DNA from: the human T2T-CHM13v2.0 reference genome, Homo sapiens
DNA: 64,000 nt
NCBI RefSeq assembly: GCF_009914755.1
Contig: NC_060933.1
Direction: 5' to 3' (one strand)
The position numbers were made by a program, and so were the translations under genes. Numbering within the stretch: position 1 is the stretch's first letter; each line of letters starts with the position of its first letter. Below are positions 42,830 to 57,949 of the stretch, one piece after another. Under the pieces are notes generated by a model that was given only the letters and a program-made list of their open reading frames with translations, did no database searches and had not been told where the DNA came from.

Positions 42830-43545
42830 GATTTTTAAAAACATTTCAACTTTTATTTTAGATTCAGGGTGTACATGTGCAGATTTTTTTACATGGTTAT
42901 ATTGCATGATGCTGAGGTTTGGGGTATGATTGATTCTGTCACTCAGGTAGTGAGCATAGACCCAATGCATAGTTTTTCAGCCCCTGTTCCCTCCTACCTG
43001 CCCCGTGCAGCAGTCCCCAGTGTCGGTTGTTCCCATTTTTGTGTCCATGTGTACCCCGTGTTTAGCTTATAAAGTGAGAACATGCCATATTTGGTTTTCT
43101 GTTTCTGTGTTAGTTCGCTTAGGTTAATGGCCTCCAGCTGCATCCATGTTGCTGCGAAGAACATGATTTTGGTTTTTTATGATCGTATAGTATTCCATGG
43201 TGTATATGTACCACATTTTCTTTATCCAATCCACCGTGGATGGGCACCTAGGTTGATTCCATGTCTTTGCTATTGTGAATAGTGCTGCAATAAACATGTG
43301 AGCATCTTTTTGATAGAACAATGTATTTTCCCTTGGGTATCTGAGTAATGGAACTGCTGGGTTGAATGGTAGTTCTGTTTTAAGCTCTTTGAGAAACCTC
43401 CAAACTGCTTTCCACAGTGGTGGAACTTTATATTTCCAGCAGCAGTGTGCAAGGATTCCCTTTTCTCTGCAGCCTCCCCACCATCTATTATTTTTTGACT
43501 TTTAATAAGAGCCATTCTGACTGGTGTGAGATGGTGTCTCATTGT
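42830..43545 (-). mobile_element. L1PB/old L1PA 3' end
   Basis: ttttattttagattcagggtgtacatgtgcag...; minus-strand ORF2 C-terminal remnants TMRHHLTPVRMA and MFIAALFTIAKTWNQPRCPS in the ORF track. Confidence 0.92.
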
Positions 43546-43596
43546 CAACCTTTAAAAATGAACAAGAGTTTGGTTCATCAGATCGCATTGCCTATG

Positions 43597-43908
43597 TTTT
43601 TTGTTTGTTTATTTGTTTGTTTGTTTTTGAGACAGAGTTTCACTCTTTCACCCAGGCCAGAGTACAGTGGTGAGATCTCGGCTCACTGCAACTTCTGCCT
43701 TCCAGGTTAAAGTGATTCTCCTGCCTCAGCCTCCTGAGTAGCTGGGATTACAGGCGCCTGCCACCACGCCCGGCTAATTTTTGTATTTTTAGTAGAGATG
43801 GGGTTTCACCATGTTGGCCAGGCTGGTCTCGAACTCCTGACCTTGTGATCCGCCCGCCTCGGCCTCCTAAACTGCTGGGATTACAGGCGTGAGCCACCAC
43901 GCCCGGCC
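43597..43908 (-). mobile_element. AluS (Sg-like)
   Basis: Antisense dimeric Alu with (TTTG)n tail. Confidence 0.97.
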
Positions 43909-45147
43909 ACTGCCTACCTTTTTAAAGAATGTGTCCTAAGCATGGTTAAGTTTGATACAGACATTCGGTGCTTGCCAAATACAGGCTGAGTTTAGGATGG
44001 CTCACCAAATATATAGCTTGATTCCTCCTGGACTATCTCATGCCATGGCTATGTTTGAGTCATTCCAAAAGCCAGTCGAATGGGATCTGTGACTCTGGGT
44101 GGAAGGGGCCCTGCATAGTACTTAACATAGAGTGGGCATCAATAAGTATTTGGTTGAATACACGAGTGCATGCAGATAATCTAACTGTAATCTAACTTCC
44201 TCAGAAATGCTGATGTTCTTCTGTAACTTCCAGGATGGAGGGTCACAGTGCTTCTCTATTGACATATATTCAGTGAGCAGGGTGCCTTCACTGTTTTCAC
44301 AGAACATTATCTTATTTTTGGAAAGTAACAATTAAAACATTCTTTCTAGCAGAGTGACATATGTTGGCCCATATCTCCTCCCCACTCGTCTGCCAGGGTC
44401 CCACACTCCCAGCCTTTGTCCTGTAGCACAGCAAGTAAGAAACTGAGACCAAGTCCCTTTGGGTAGGCTCTTTACTAGGCTGAACAGAGTCTGTTTCTTA
44501 AACTGTCACTCATACCTTCCCAAGCATCCCTCAGTATGCTCCTGATTCCTTACTTCTATGGCTAAGAATCCGTGTGCCTGGTGGAAGATAACCCAGATTT
44601 CAGGTCTGTGCAGATCTCAAAATATCTCAAAATCTGTTTAAAAATCACAATTTAAAAAAAACTCAACTTAGCCTGTTCTCCAATAAATCCTCAATAGGTG
44701 GCAGTGTTGATCTTTCTTTGGTCTCTGGTCTGCGGGAGTGTTTTGGTTTGTTTGTTTTGTTTTCATATTAGAAAAGAGTTGAGGTTTCTACCTAGTTTTA
44801 GATTGAGTTCTACTAAATGTAGTTCTCAATCAGACTATTTTTCTTGAGGCCATACCAAAATCAATGACTGTTTTTCTTGAGGCCTTACCAAAAGCAATAT
44901 CTCCTACGCCAGCTAAAAATGTGGTAAATCTTCAAGCTAGTATTCTATTATTTAACATTTTTAATTATAACAATTATTCATGGTTGTAAAGTTTCAAAAG
45001 CTACAGAAGTGTAGAAAGTAAAAAGTGAATGAAAGTTTTCCAGGTGTTTTGCTATGCACATAAAAATGCATATAGTTATAAAACATATAGATATATAACA
45101 TTTATATATATAAATAGAGAACAATATGGATAATATGACTCTATATA

Positions 45148-45268
45148 AAAATGTTATATATCTGTATGTTTATATATAAATGTTATACATCTGTCATGTT
45201 TATATATGTAAATGTTATATATCTGTATGTTTATATATAACTGTTATTTATCTGTATGCTCATATATA
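45148..45268. repeat. AT-rich minisatellite, four units of about 29-32 bp
   Basis: Unit AAATGTTATATATCTGTATGTTTATATAT with variants. Confidence 0.85.
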
Positions 45269-45286
45269 TGGCACATATATATATGA

Positions 45287-45673
<387 letters not shown>

Positions 45674-46085
45674 TAACATTTACATTCTGTTCTGGAACTA
45701 CAGCCAAGTCTTCTAGGCTTGAATACTTAAACCAAATAAAAATAGCATTTACCATATTGTGGTTATACAAATATTAATCACTGCAGAAAAAAGTGTGATA
45801 AAATCTATAGAGAAAGAAAGAATATTCCATGTATTTAATACCAGCCACACAGCTGTCAACATTCAAATCTTGGTCTTTTAATGTAGTTTTTACTTTCCTC
45901 ACTTTTATTCAGGTATCATTGTTTTTTATTTGCTTCAGTCTCATTTTTTTGAAATCTCATTCTTTCATTCCCTTTGTTTTGCACAAGTACTTCCGTGAGT
46001 AATTTTTACATTCGAGTGCACACGTGATAAACTTTCCTTGCATTGCTGGAGTATAATTTCAGCTCAAATTCATATTCCATTGGAG

Positions 46086-46400
<315 letters not shown>

Positions 46401-47374
46401 TAAAGGCATGATTTTTAAAGCATTTCTGATGGGAAGTCTGAAATTAATTAAATTCTCATTTCTAATATTCAAGCTTTTAAGCCTTTCTCATTCTTCTTGG
46501 GGTTCTGAAATTTCTAAAAATATCTAGGTATGGGTTTTGTTTTCATTTATCCTGCTTGGTACTTAGTGGCCTCTTTCAATCTGAGGACTTGTATTTTTTC
46601 CCAGCTCAGGGAAACTTTCTATTATGTCTTTGACTTTATCCCCCACCACCTCTCTGATTTTTTTTCTTACCTTCTGAAACTCCTACTGAATTGATGGATG
46701 CTAGCCTCCTGGAGCTTTCCTGTTTCTAGACTTTTAGTTTTTACTATGCTGACTTTTTTCTGTATTTCTGGAGATTTCATTGACTTCCACACAACTGCTC
46801 TGGCTTTTGGTCTTGGCCATTCTATTATTCCTGTTTGCTGAATTTTTAAAATTTTGACCCTTATTTTACATTTCTAGAAATTATTTCTTGTTCTCCGATG
46901 GCTCCTTTTTTACGGCAGCTGGCTCTTGTTTTGGAGATTTCATTCTCTCACATCTCTCCAGAGATACTAATTAGGGTTTTATCTTTAACATTACCTACTT
47001 CATCTTGTTTTTTTTTTCCAGGATGACGTTGTGTTTACTCATGTTTGTTCAACTTGGTTGTGCTATTGGTTTTCCTCAAATATTTGGGGCTCCATGGCTC
47101 TCCGTCGACTTTCCTAAATGAAGGATTAGATTAATCTGTATGGATAGCTGGTGTGGCCTGCTTTCACAAGAGGCGTCTCCCTGGAAGGGGAGGGCCAGTT
47201 CAGGTCCCCTTGAGTGGCTGGGCCATATTGTCAGCAGGCTCACCTCTAGATTGCAGCAGGCAGCCTGGGATGCCCACGCCTGCCAAGGTAAGGAGGTATT
47301 TAAATAACGGACTGGAGTATTTAGCTATAATTTCCTTTTGGACAGAGGACTTTCTACCACCCCTCCATGCCTTC

Positions 47375-47749
47375 TGATATGGTTTGGCTTTATGTCTCCA
47401 CCCAGATCTCATCTTGAATTGTAATCCCATAATCCCCTCGTGTCCTGGGAGGTACCTGGTTGGAGGTAATTGAATCATGGGGGCGGTTTCCCTCGGTGCT
47501 GTTCTCGTGATAGTGAGTGAGTTCTCATGAGACCTGATAGTTACAGGGGCTTCCCCCTTCACTTAGCACTCATTTTCTCTCTTGCCACCAGGTGAGGAAG
47601 GACGTATTTTCTTCCCCTTCCGCCATGATTGTAAGTTTTCTGAGGCCTCCCCAGCCATGCTAAACTGTGAGTCATTTAAATCTCTTTTCTTTATAAGTTA
47701 CCCAGTCTCGGGTATGTCTTTATTAGCAGCGTGAGAATGGAGTAATACA
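47375..47749 (+). mobile_element. THE1 (C/D-like) MaLR solo LTR
   Basis: TGATATGGTTTGGCT...AGTAATACA; 5-bp TSD CCTTC/CCCTC. Confidence 0.95.
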
Positions 47750-48114
47750 CCCTCTCAACCCAAACTTGCCATATATATTTGTTGGGGAGGCCTACATAGA
47801 CTTCCAACCCTGTTCTTGTTCTGCTTCTCTCTTGACTTTAGACACCTATATTAGGATCCCTTCCTGGATAGATCACCCACATTTTTTAAGAATAATGATT
47901 GGGTCCTAGGTACCCAAAGGGCAAAATTACCACTAGTTGTTCCTTTACGGGTTGAGCATATGTTGAGCAGGGGAAGGGAGAAGGGAGGGGCCCCGAATGT
48001 CCCAGCCACTGTGAATGCAGCTCTTTGCTCAGTTACTCTGATGGTTATCCTATGGTCTACTCTTGCTTTCTGTCTCTTGTTTCTGAGTTTGGGGTTTCTC
48101 TAGGGCTCCCTTGA

Positions 48115-48523
<409 letters not shown>

Positions 48524-48837
48524 TAGCTTCCAGTATTTTCTCAGACTTTCTCATCTGCTGGCACCCTGTCTTGCTTTCCAGCACTGATCTGATTTCACTC
48601 TTTAAAAAATATATTTTATCCCCATGGATCCATGGTGTAGTGGAGAGGTGGATGCATGTGCTCAATTTGTGACTTCCAAACTAATATATTTTTCAAACTT
48701 AATTTTTTTTCCTAATTCACATGGTTCAGAAGATACTGAAAGGTCTATCAAGAGGGTACAGGAAAAAATTTTTAAAGGTACTAAAAGGATATATAAAGTG
48801 AAAATGTCCCTTTCATCCTATCCCAGATAAAGACTAC

Positions 48838-49290
48838 AGGTTGTCCTCTTATATTTATTCTGCCCTTCTTTCTTTAGAAACAAAATCTCCAATTTTAGCT
48901 ATACTCATGAATGCTCAGCTAAGGAGGGCGTTTCCTAGTTGTGTCCAAGTCACTGAGTTCTGGCCAGTGGGAGGTGAGTGGAGGCCATGTGCTTAACGTT
49001 CAGTGGCTCTCCTAGAGGGCGTGGATGTGCCTTTCACTTTCTTTACTCCCCCTTTCTTATTGGCTGGATTGCAGAGGTGATGGTGAGCCATCCTCCTCCC
49101 TGCAGAGGAAGGCAACACTGTAGTGATGGCAGAGCCACACAATGGAATGATCCTGGGTCCCTGACACTTCGTCACCATTATACCTGCCCTGCTTTGTGAG
49201 ACAGAATTGAAATGCTATCTTGTTTAAGCCTTGCATTTTGGGGTCACTTCTTATGACAGACAGCCTAGTCTGTCTGCTAATTGATATAAT
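48838..49290 (+). mobile_element. Old MLT1 (J/K-like) LTR
   Basis: ttctgcccttcttc...cctgggtccctgacac...tcttgtttaagcc...ctaattgatata. Confidence 0.6.
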
Positions 49291-50356
49291 CTCTGGGCTA
49301 TTCAGCTCACCTTCCTGGAGGCAACCAATGTAACCATATTGCTGGATTCTTCCAGGGATATTTCATGCATAAACTAACAAATGCATACAGGCATGCATGC
49401 ATGAATGCATTCATATGTACATAAACACATATATCCAACCATGCATGTAGCCCCCTCTCCATTTTCACATAAATGATGCTGTACCAAACAGCTACACTTT
49501 AAAGAGGCCAAGCTTGGTTTGGAGGAGGATTGCTGGTAATGGCCCTCAGCTCAGCTTCTCCTTTTCTTGCTGACAAGGTGAGCTCTCTCTCCAAATATAC
49601 ACCACCTCCTAGCAAACCACAAACCCTGCAGCTACTGAACCCGCTTTCCTCTGAGGCAGTTTATTACTCAAGCACAACCCTCAGCGCCTTCTTACCCCTT
49701 CCCCCCTAAAAAAGAGGTTTATTGAAATGTTCTAGCCACAGAATAGCCTCCCTGTAAACAATTCCAATGCATTTTCCACCCCGTTTTTCATCTTTCTGGG
49801 GTCTCTGAGTGACAGGGGTTGGTACTCCAGGCGGATGTCCAGGGGATCCCCCTCCTCCCCCAGGAGGGCTTGACCCAGCCCTGCCATGGCCTCTGGAAGC
49901 CCTGGATGTGGATGTCTCCTAAAGAATGAAGCTGATTGCTGACGGTCTCTGTAATGGCCTCTTTCCTCTCTGCTCATCTTCTCCCCAACAGCCACGTTCC
50001 CATCCTGGGTCCAATGCCCTGAACTGATGTTGTAAGAGAAAAGCACAGTAGATTGGACAGTATCTCCACCAAATTCTACTCTTTCTAAAAGGGAGGGAGA
50101 AGTCTGAAATCCACTCAGGTTGGCAGGGGAAGGAAAAGGTGTATGTGTGGGAGGGGGAATGGGGTGAGTCTTAGAGCTGGGAGATGCTACAGATGACCAT
50201 CTCTTGTGCGGCCTTGGCCATCATAATATCACCAAATGTCCTTACTCCTCTGCTTGTCTGAATCCTGCCTAGCTCAAAACTCATACCGTCCACTCTAGAT
50301 AGCCTCCCTGTCCAAGGTGGCAATGTCTGTCTGTCTGTTTTTCCTTCTCTCTCTCA

Positions 50357-50386
50357 TACACACAAACACACACACACACACACACA
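50357..50386. repeat. (CA)n microsatellite
   Basis: Imperfect CA run. Confidence 0.9.
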
Positions 50387-51096
50387 GGCTGTTTCTGATT
50401 CATTTCTCGGTTCTTAGAGTCCGTCATAGAGGTGCTTAGGCGCTTCTTGTGAAATGAATATGTTTTTAATTTTATTTTTTGAATAATCACTTAATTAAAA
50501 AATCATCTTGAGATCATATTGGAAGAAAAAAAATCAGAGTATCTTTCCCTGAGAATTCTTCCTCTCACCCTTGTCCAATTCACTCCACCCCATCACCTCC
50601 ATTGACAACTGTCTTTGTTAGTTTGTTTGTCCTTCCAGTGATTCTTATGTAAATGTGAACAGATATTTGTATTCCTCCCTCCCTTCTTACACAGAGTATC
50701 CAATGTTCTTTTATTATTCCCCATTATAACCTAGAGATTTTAAAATTAATAAATTTAAAATACTGATCCATTTGCTTTTTCACAATAAAGCATGTATAGG
50801 TACAATCCCATGCATGTTACAATAATTTATTTTTCTTCCAAAGAAAAATGTATCCATGGCCTTTTCCTGAGAGGAAGTTTTCAGGGGAGAAACTATCCTG
50901 GTGATTGTAGAATTCTTAGCCCAGAAGACAGCTGGGCTTGGGAGGCTCTGGGACCCAGGTGAGTGCAGGAACTTTCTTACCAGGTGGCTCTGAGAGCTGG
51001 GAGATGAGCCACCTCTCATTTGCATTTCTGAGAGAGGCAGGCAGGGAAAAGAAGCCTGGCTCAGAGCATTGTCTCCAGCCCGAGTCACTTTTGGGC

Positions 51097-51449
51097 TGTG
51101 TATCAATCAGAGTTCCAAAAGAACCTGATGGGGATATAGATTAAGAGTTTTATTGCAAGGAATTGGCTTACATCATTACGGAATCTGAGGGGCAGGCCGT
51201 CAGGAAAGGAAGGCTGGGGCCCTGGGACAGGATCTATGGCCTCAGTCTACAGGCAGAATTTCTTCTTCAGGAAAGCCTCAGCCCTGCTCGACTGATTGAA
51301 TCAGGCCCACCCTGGTTATCCAAGACAATCTTTTTTATCCAAAGTCCACTGATTTCAACCCCATCTACAATATACTTTCATAGCAATTCCTAGAGTAGCA
51401 TTTGCTTGAATATGGGACTGTTCACAAGTTCACACATCAAACTGTCACA
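51097..51449 (-). mobile_element. MLT2-like (ERVL) LTR
   Basis: ttattgcaaggaattggcttaca...caagttcacacatcaaactgtcaca. Confidence 0.7.
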
Positions 51450-54400
51450 GGTTGACTTGGCTGAAACAGATTGTGTGAGAGCAGAGGCTAAGTGGGGGGC
51501 GTTGGAGTTTTGTTGTAGTTGTTGTTGTTTTGTTATTTTCTGGAAATCAATGTTATTTCCTTAGATGATACTACCCAGGGTAATCACGGCTGCAACGAGT
51601 TATTCCATCTATCAGTGGAATGAAGCATTTTTTTTTGCCAACTTGATGCTTGACTTTCCTAACTTACCTGCAAGAAGCGACCCCATTAGCCTCTTTCACA
51701 GGTGAGGAGCACACCTCAAGTTCTCTTGCTCATAAACCCAGTAGGAGTCACTGGGATTTGGCCCTCATCATGGTCACTGAGGGGTTAAACCTGCCGCAGC
51801 TCTGCTGACCCCTGAGGGTTTCAGCCAGTACTCCATGGCCATTAATCATCCTCATCTGGGACCAGGGCTGCGGGGAACAACGTTTACTAGCAATTAACCT
51901 ACAGTAGAGGGACCATTGTTTCCCCCGCCTGCACTCCCCTCCTCTGCACGCCCAATTACTCTAAATTAACATTTACCAAGCAAAGTGCCTGTTAATTGGA
52001 AGGGCAGTAGAAAGAAAGGCCACACACCTACCCAGTCTAACTTAATAACCTCAAAAGCAGCCATTAATTAACAGGGCAGCGTTTCCATTCAGATCTTGTT
52101 TAGACAGTTCGGCAGTTAACTCTGTGTCTGTGTTTCTGAGCTCAGCCCTGCACCGCATCTCCCTGCCCTCCCTTGCCAGCAGCTCAGATGAAAAACACAC
52201 TCATAAAGAAATCTTCACTCTCTAGAATGTCTGCACTGGCCAGGGGACTTAGGGATTCCTGGGGACAGCCTTCTTACTGTGTAGATGGGGAAACAGGCTG
52301 AGAAAGGCCTCAGGGTCCCAGGGTCAGACACTAGCTGGAGGCCTCCTGGCTGGGGGCTCCTATCCACCCTGCCCGATGTGTGTGGGTGTGACATGCTTTC
52401 TGTCCTCTCTGGTCTCAGTGCCTGATGCCAGGCACTCAGGATGTGGACTTGCATGAAGCCGGGGAGCAGGGGTGGGGCTGGGGGTGCGGGTAGAAAGGGG
52501 GATGCTTCTAAGAGGAGAGAGGGAGGGATGGAGAGGAGGGGGACTCCCTCTCACAAATGGAGAGCAGCTGCGGTGTCTCCAGGCAGCCCCGAAGGCCTTC
52601 GTCCATTGTCCCTCCCCACTTGTGCAGTTGGGTTGAGTGGCAACTGTACCCCCAGCCCAGCAAATGGAGGGTCCTGCCCACTTGACCCTGGGCATCCCTC
52701 GAGCCCAGCCTTCCTTTCCTGTGCATACTCATGGTCTCCTCCTCATTTGGTAGCCCTGGGGACCCCTGGCCAGTACCCTTCTTTCCCCAGGGCAACTGTT
52801 CACAGCCTCCTGACTTGCCTTAATGTCCTCATCAGACAACCTCACCTCCCTCCCTGAGAAACTCAAGCCCTCCAGGAGGGGCCTGCTTAGCTTCCCTTCC
52901 TCCCCCTGGGGCTCAGCCTGCCCTGTCTATAGGGCCTGCCTTGTTGGTGGTAGTTGGTTGCAGAGTTGGCCTCAACCCCCAATCTGGATCTGGACTCTGG
53001 TCTCGCGCCTCTCCAGGCTCCTTCGGGCTCATCGTCTCTCTGCAGGTCTCCACTCGCTCACTTCCCCTGCATCCTCCCCACAGCACAGGGCATACTCTCA
53101 GGGGACGCCCCTCCTAAATCAGCCCTGCCGTCCCCCATGGTCCTCCAGCTGGTGTCGAGCTTCTCCAAAGGGACATTGCACAGGTTGCGTTTTCCCACCT
53201 CCCACCCACTCTCAATTCTCCATAGTTGACCTTTGGCCCTCAACTGCCCCACAGAAACTGCCTTTCTCAAGTTTAAAACAACCTCCTTGTTACTAAGTCC
53301 AGGAGACACTGTGTAGGTTTCTGTTTTTGTTTTTTTATATGACCTTTTTGTAGGATTTTCTGCTGTTGCCCACTCACTCCCTCCCTCCCCTCTGAAACTC
53401 CTGACTTCCATGATAGCACTCTTTGTTTCCCAGGCGTTTCTTTCTGCCAGTCCCCACAGGATTTTCTGTGCTGGCCCCTTCTCTTCTGGTCACATATTCT
53501 CCGTGGGTGGCCTCATCCACTCTGTGGCCCCATTACCAACTAGATGAGGAAGAAGGGGAAGAGGAGGAAGATGATGACAGTGACAACTCCCAAATCTCTA
53601 TACTGGGCCAGATTTAACTCCTGAGCCTCAGACTCCATCAACCACCTGGGAGTCCTCCTACTTGGGAGTCCTGCAGGCATCTCACGCTTGCCATGCTCAA
53701 AATGAGCTCATTAGCTTCCCCTGTACTGCTTCTACTTCCGGGCTTCTGTGTCGTTGGAAGTGCCGCCATGCACAGGGGAGTCATCCCTGCTGCCACCTCT
53801 CATGTTCAATCAATCAATCAATCACTCTTCAAGTCTCGTACCTTCTTATGTCTCCAACAAGCCTCTGGATTCCCATTGCCACTACCGTAGCTGTGACACA
53901 TTCCAGTCTTACCTCCCTACAGGCAGAGCTACCTTGCTAAACTCATATTTCATCACATCATGCCCTTCAGTGGCATGGCGTTGACCTCAAGATAAGGTCA
54001 AGCTACTTAGAACATCATAGAAGCCAGATTCCTCAAGACCACTCGAGCATGACACATTGGGAAAATTCCTGCACTCTGCAAGGGTTCTAATCTTGGCCTC
54101 AGCTTTTTCATTTTAACGAATAAAACAAACATTCCCTCAATGGTGTTGGTTCTTAGAACCATGATATCCTAATTTCCTAATTATAGTCTTGTCATACTTC
54201 TATGAGGCAGGTGTTATTGTCCTTGTTTTATAGGTAAGAAAAATGGAGTCTCAGAGGGCACAAGCTCACAAAGTAATTAAGGTAGGATCTGAACTCAGGT
54301 CTGACATTTCCTATGTTCTTGCCAGGATCCCTCAGCTGAACAATTGAACAGAGAAGAGGTGGGGGCTTCCAGTGACCCAGGGACTGTTTGGACCAGGCCA

Positions 54401-56419
54401 CAGATCTAAGAGACCTTCTCACACTGCAAACCTCTTTTCCTGTGTGCCACCGGGGATGTGTACCTGGGGCTTGAGCCCCTGCCTGAGCTCTGGATCAGAG
54501 AGAGCCTGCTCCTGCACCTTGTCTGAAATGGAACAGGGGTGACAGATGAGCAGAGGATCAATAGCCATCTGTCCAGGCTCCACTGACAAGCTAATCTTTT
54601 CAGTAAACATTTCATTAGCTCCTGCCAGTCTGCTGCACCTGCTGACAGGAGAGGCCAAACGGAGTAGGGGGAGGGGAACCTCCGCTTTATGGTAGGGCTC
54701 CAATGGCAGCAGGGGTCTCCTGGCCCCTGAGAGCTAGTTAAGCTCAGCTGGAATACCCCTGCCACGCACTGGAGGAATCCGGATCATCCCCAAGATTTTT
54801 GTATTTGAAGGGACTTTTAAAATCATTTAACCCAAGCTCTGTACTTTAAAAAGAGAGAGCGCAGTCCTCAAAAGTGACTTGCAGAAAATCAAAGTAGCCA
54901 CTTGCAGAGACATCAGTGGAAATCAGACCGGGTTCTTTTCCATGTTGTGAAAACATTTGTATTCATTTTGTAATATGCAAAACATTTGAAATTATATACA
55001 GTTGTAACCAAACATCTTTGGAATGGGAGTATTTGTGAAAGAAGGGTGTTGGGTGGGTGGCAGGAATTTTCCTTTAATGTGGGTAGATTTAATTGTGTCT
55101 CCATGAAGGGGGCTGCACAGATTCCATGCAGGGTGACTTATGGCAAATTCTGGAGACTTATGTTCTTTTTGTTTCCTCTAGCTCTTCCCCAGAGAAGCTT
55201 CCATGACCACCATCTAAACATGCCCTTCTCCAGGCCCTTGTAAGAACATTATAAGTTCTTACAACAACTTGTGCTTTTTCTTCATCATACTGTTACAACT
55301 ACTGCTGCTGCTGCTGCTACTGATCATGTCAGTGATATTAATAATAACAAAGCCGACACCTACTGAGCACCCACTATGTGCTGGGCGCCGCGCTAAGTGT
55401 GTTCCATATGTTATCTCTTGTAAACCCCACAACAACCCACGAAGGCAGGTGCTATTATATTATACTTTCCCATTTTGCAGATGAGCAAAGTGTCTCTGAG
55501 AGGTTAGGTGGAGGAGTGAGGGGTTAGAGCCTGGGTTTACCTCACTTCAAAGCCCAAGCTCTTACCCACCATATTGCATTTGCAGCTCGTGGTTCGTGGA
55601 ATTATTTGGCTATCATCTGGCTCCTCCAGCCAGATTGTGAGGTCTACGAGGCTAGGAAGTACAATCAGTTGCCTCAGCACTATGTCCCCAGCACAATGGT
55701 TTCTTTGTTTGATTATGAACTGATGCAAGGTATTGTATGTGAGTTTGTTTAGCCTTTACTGCTCCCAAGCCAGTGGAAATAAGCTGGGTTTTGTTCATTG
55801 CTTTCTTGGGGAGTGCTGTTTGTGTTAGCCATGCAAATTCACTCTTCTCCTCTGCTGCTTCCCCAAAGTACTGCCTGCAAATATAGCTAGTTTGGGTGAG
55901 CTCTCATTTATAGCCCCTTTTCCTTTGCTTTTTAGAACAAAACCATGTCCAGAAAAATCTTTTTATGCTAGGCAATAACCCTTACTATGAACTCACTGTT
56001 CTGAACAAGTGAGTCATTTTGCACATTGGGGGAATACCCCTCAGTGTAGAAAATTATGTTTGCTGGCTCTCTTGGAGGCCTGCAGCCCCTCACGGCCTCA
56101 ACGTGCTCCCCTTGTTCTATCTCCTGTTTTATCTCCACTGCTTTGGGCAGCCCTTCCAAATAGTTTTCATCCTGGAGTTTAGGTTGTCTCTACATTTCAA
56201 TAGAAATTGTTGCTTTTGGATGATTTCCAGAAAAAAAAAATGGACATGCTGACATCTTGCCATGGGGTGACTTTATGGGAATTGGGGTGCCTCTGGGTGA
56301 AGGACAGTTTCAGATGATGGCTGCCATGCAAGGATGCAGCTTTTCTCAGAGCTGAGACAGGACCCAGCCAGAATGCTTGGTGTCTGATTCTAATGTCCTT
56401 GATCTTCAACTCTGCGTTA

Positions 56420-56799
<380 letters not shown>

Positions 56800-57002
56800 T
56801 TAAAATGACCCATAACGTTTCCACCTAGTGAAAACTACTGTTAAAGGTGTAACATGGTAGATAAACACCTTCAGATTTTTCTCTATACATACATATGCAC
56901 ATACAAAAAGATGATCCTACTAGGCATATGATTCTGAAACTAGTTATTCTCAATTAGCACTATAGAATGAATATATTCCCATCAATAAACAGATTTATTT
57001 AA

Positions 57003-57047
57003 TTTTTTTTTGAGGCAGAGTCTCGCTCTGTCTTCCAGGCTGGAGTG
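57003..57047 (-). mobile_element. Very short Alu 3' fragment with TSD
   Basis: ttttttttgaggcagagtctcgctctgtcttccaggctggagtg flanked by TATTYAATTTTT. Confidence 0.85.
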
Positions 57048-57221
57048 TATTCAATTTTTAATGGATCTATGATGGTCTAGTGTATGCATGGCATATGATT
57101 TATTTAATTGGTAACTTAGTGATGCACACTGCTTCTCATTTTTTAGCTTTCTAAACAATTCTTCACTGAATATCTTTGGCTGTATACCCCTGTCAACTTG
57201 CCTGAGTGTTTTCTCCTAAAG

Positions 57222-57413
57222 CAGGGTTTCTCAAGAGTGACAATAATTCTTATTCTGGGGGGATGTCCTGTGTACCATGAGATGGGTAACAGCCTCCCTG
57301 GCCTGCATCACTAGATGCCAGCAGCACCCCTTCCCCAACTTGCTGACAATCAATGTCTCTACATTGCCAAATGTCCCTTGGGCAGCACAGTTGCCCCTGC
57401 TTGAGAACCACTG
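57222..57413. mobile_element. MER20 hAT-Charlie relic
   Basis: cagggtttctcaa...cattgccaaatgtccc...ttgagaaccactg; degenerate 8-bp TSD tcctaaag/ccctaagg. Confidence 0.85.
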
Positions 57414-57578
57414 CCCTAAGGATAAAGTTCTTAAGATAAAAGTTTAAAGAATATGCATATTTTAAGGTTTTTGTTATCTATTGCCAAATTACCTTCTCAG
57501 AATTGCACTGATTTATGACTTTATACTCCAAACAACAGTGTATAATAGCGCTCAATTTCACTACCCTTATGAATATGA

Positions 57579-57949
<371 letters not shown>

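Noticed and set aside
43124-43548. L1 ORF2 C-terminal peptides
   Set aside because: Frameshifted fragments of a dead 5'-truncated L1
52215-53984. Cluster of overlapping 90-157-aa ORFs on both strands
   Set aside because: GC-rich region with few stops, P/S/G/L-rich products, no domain, splice pattern or preferred frame; partly L2-like
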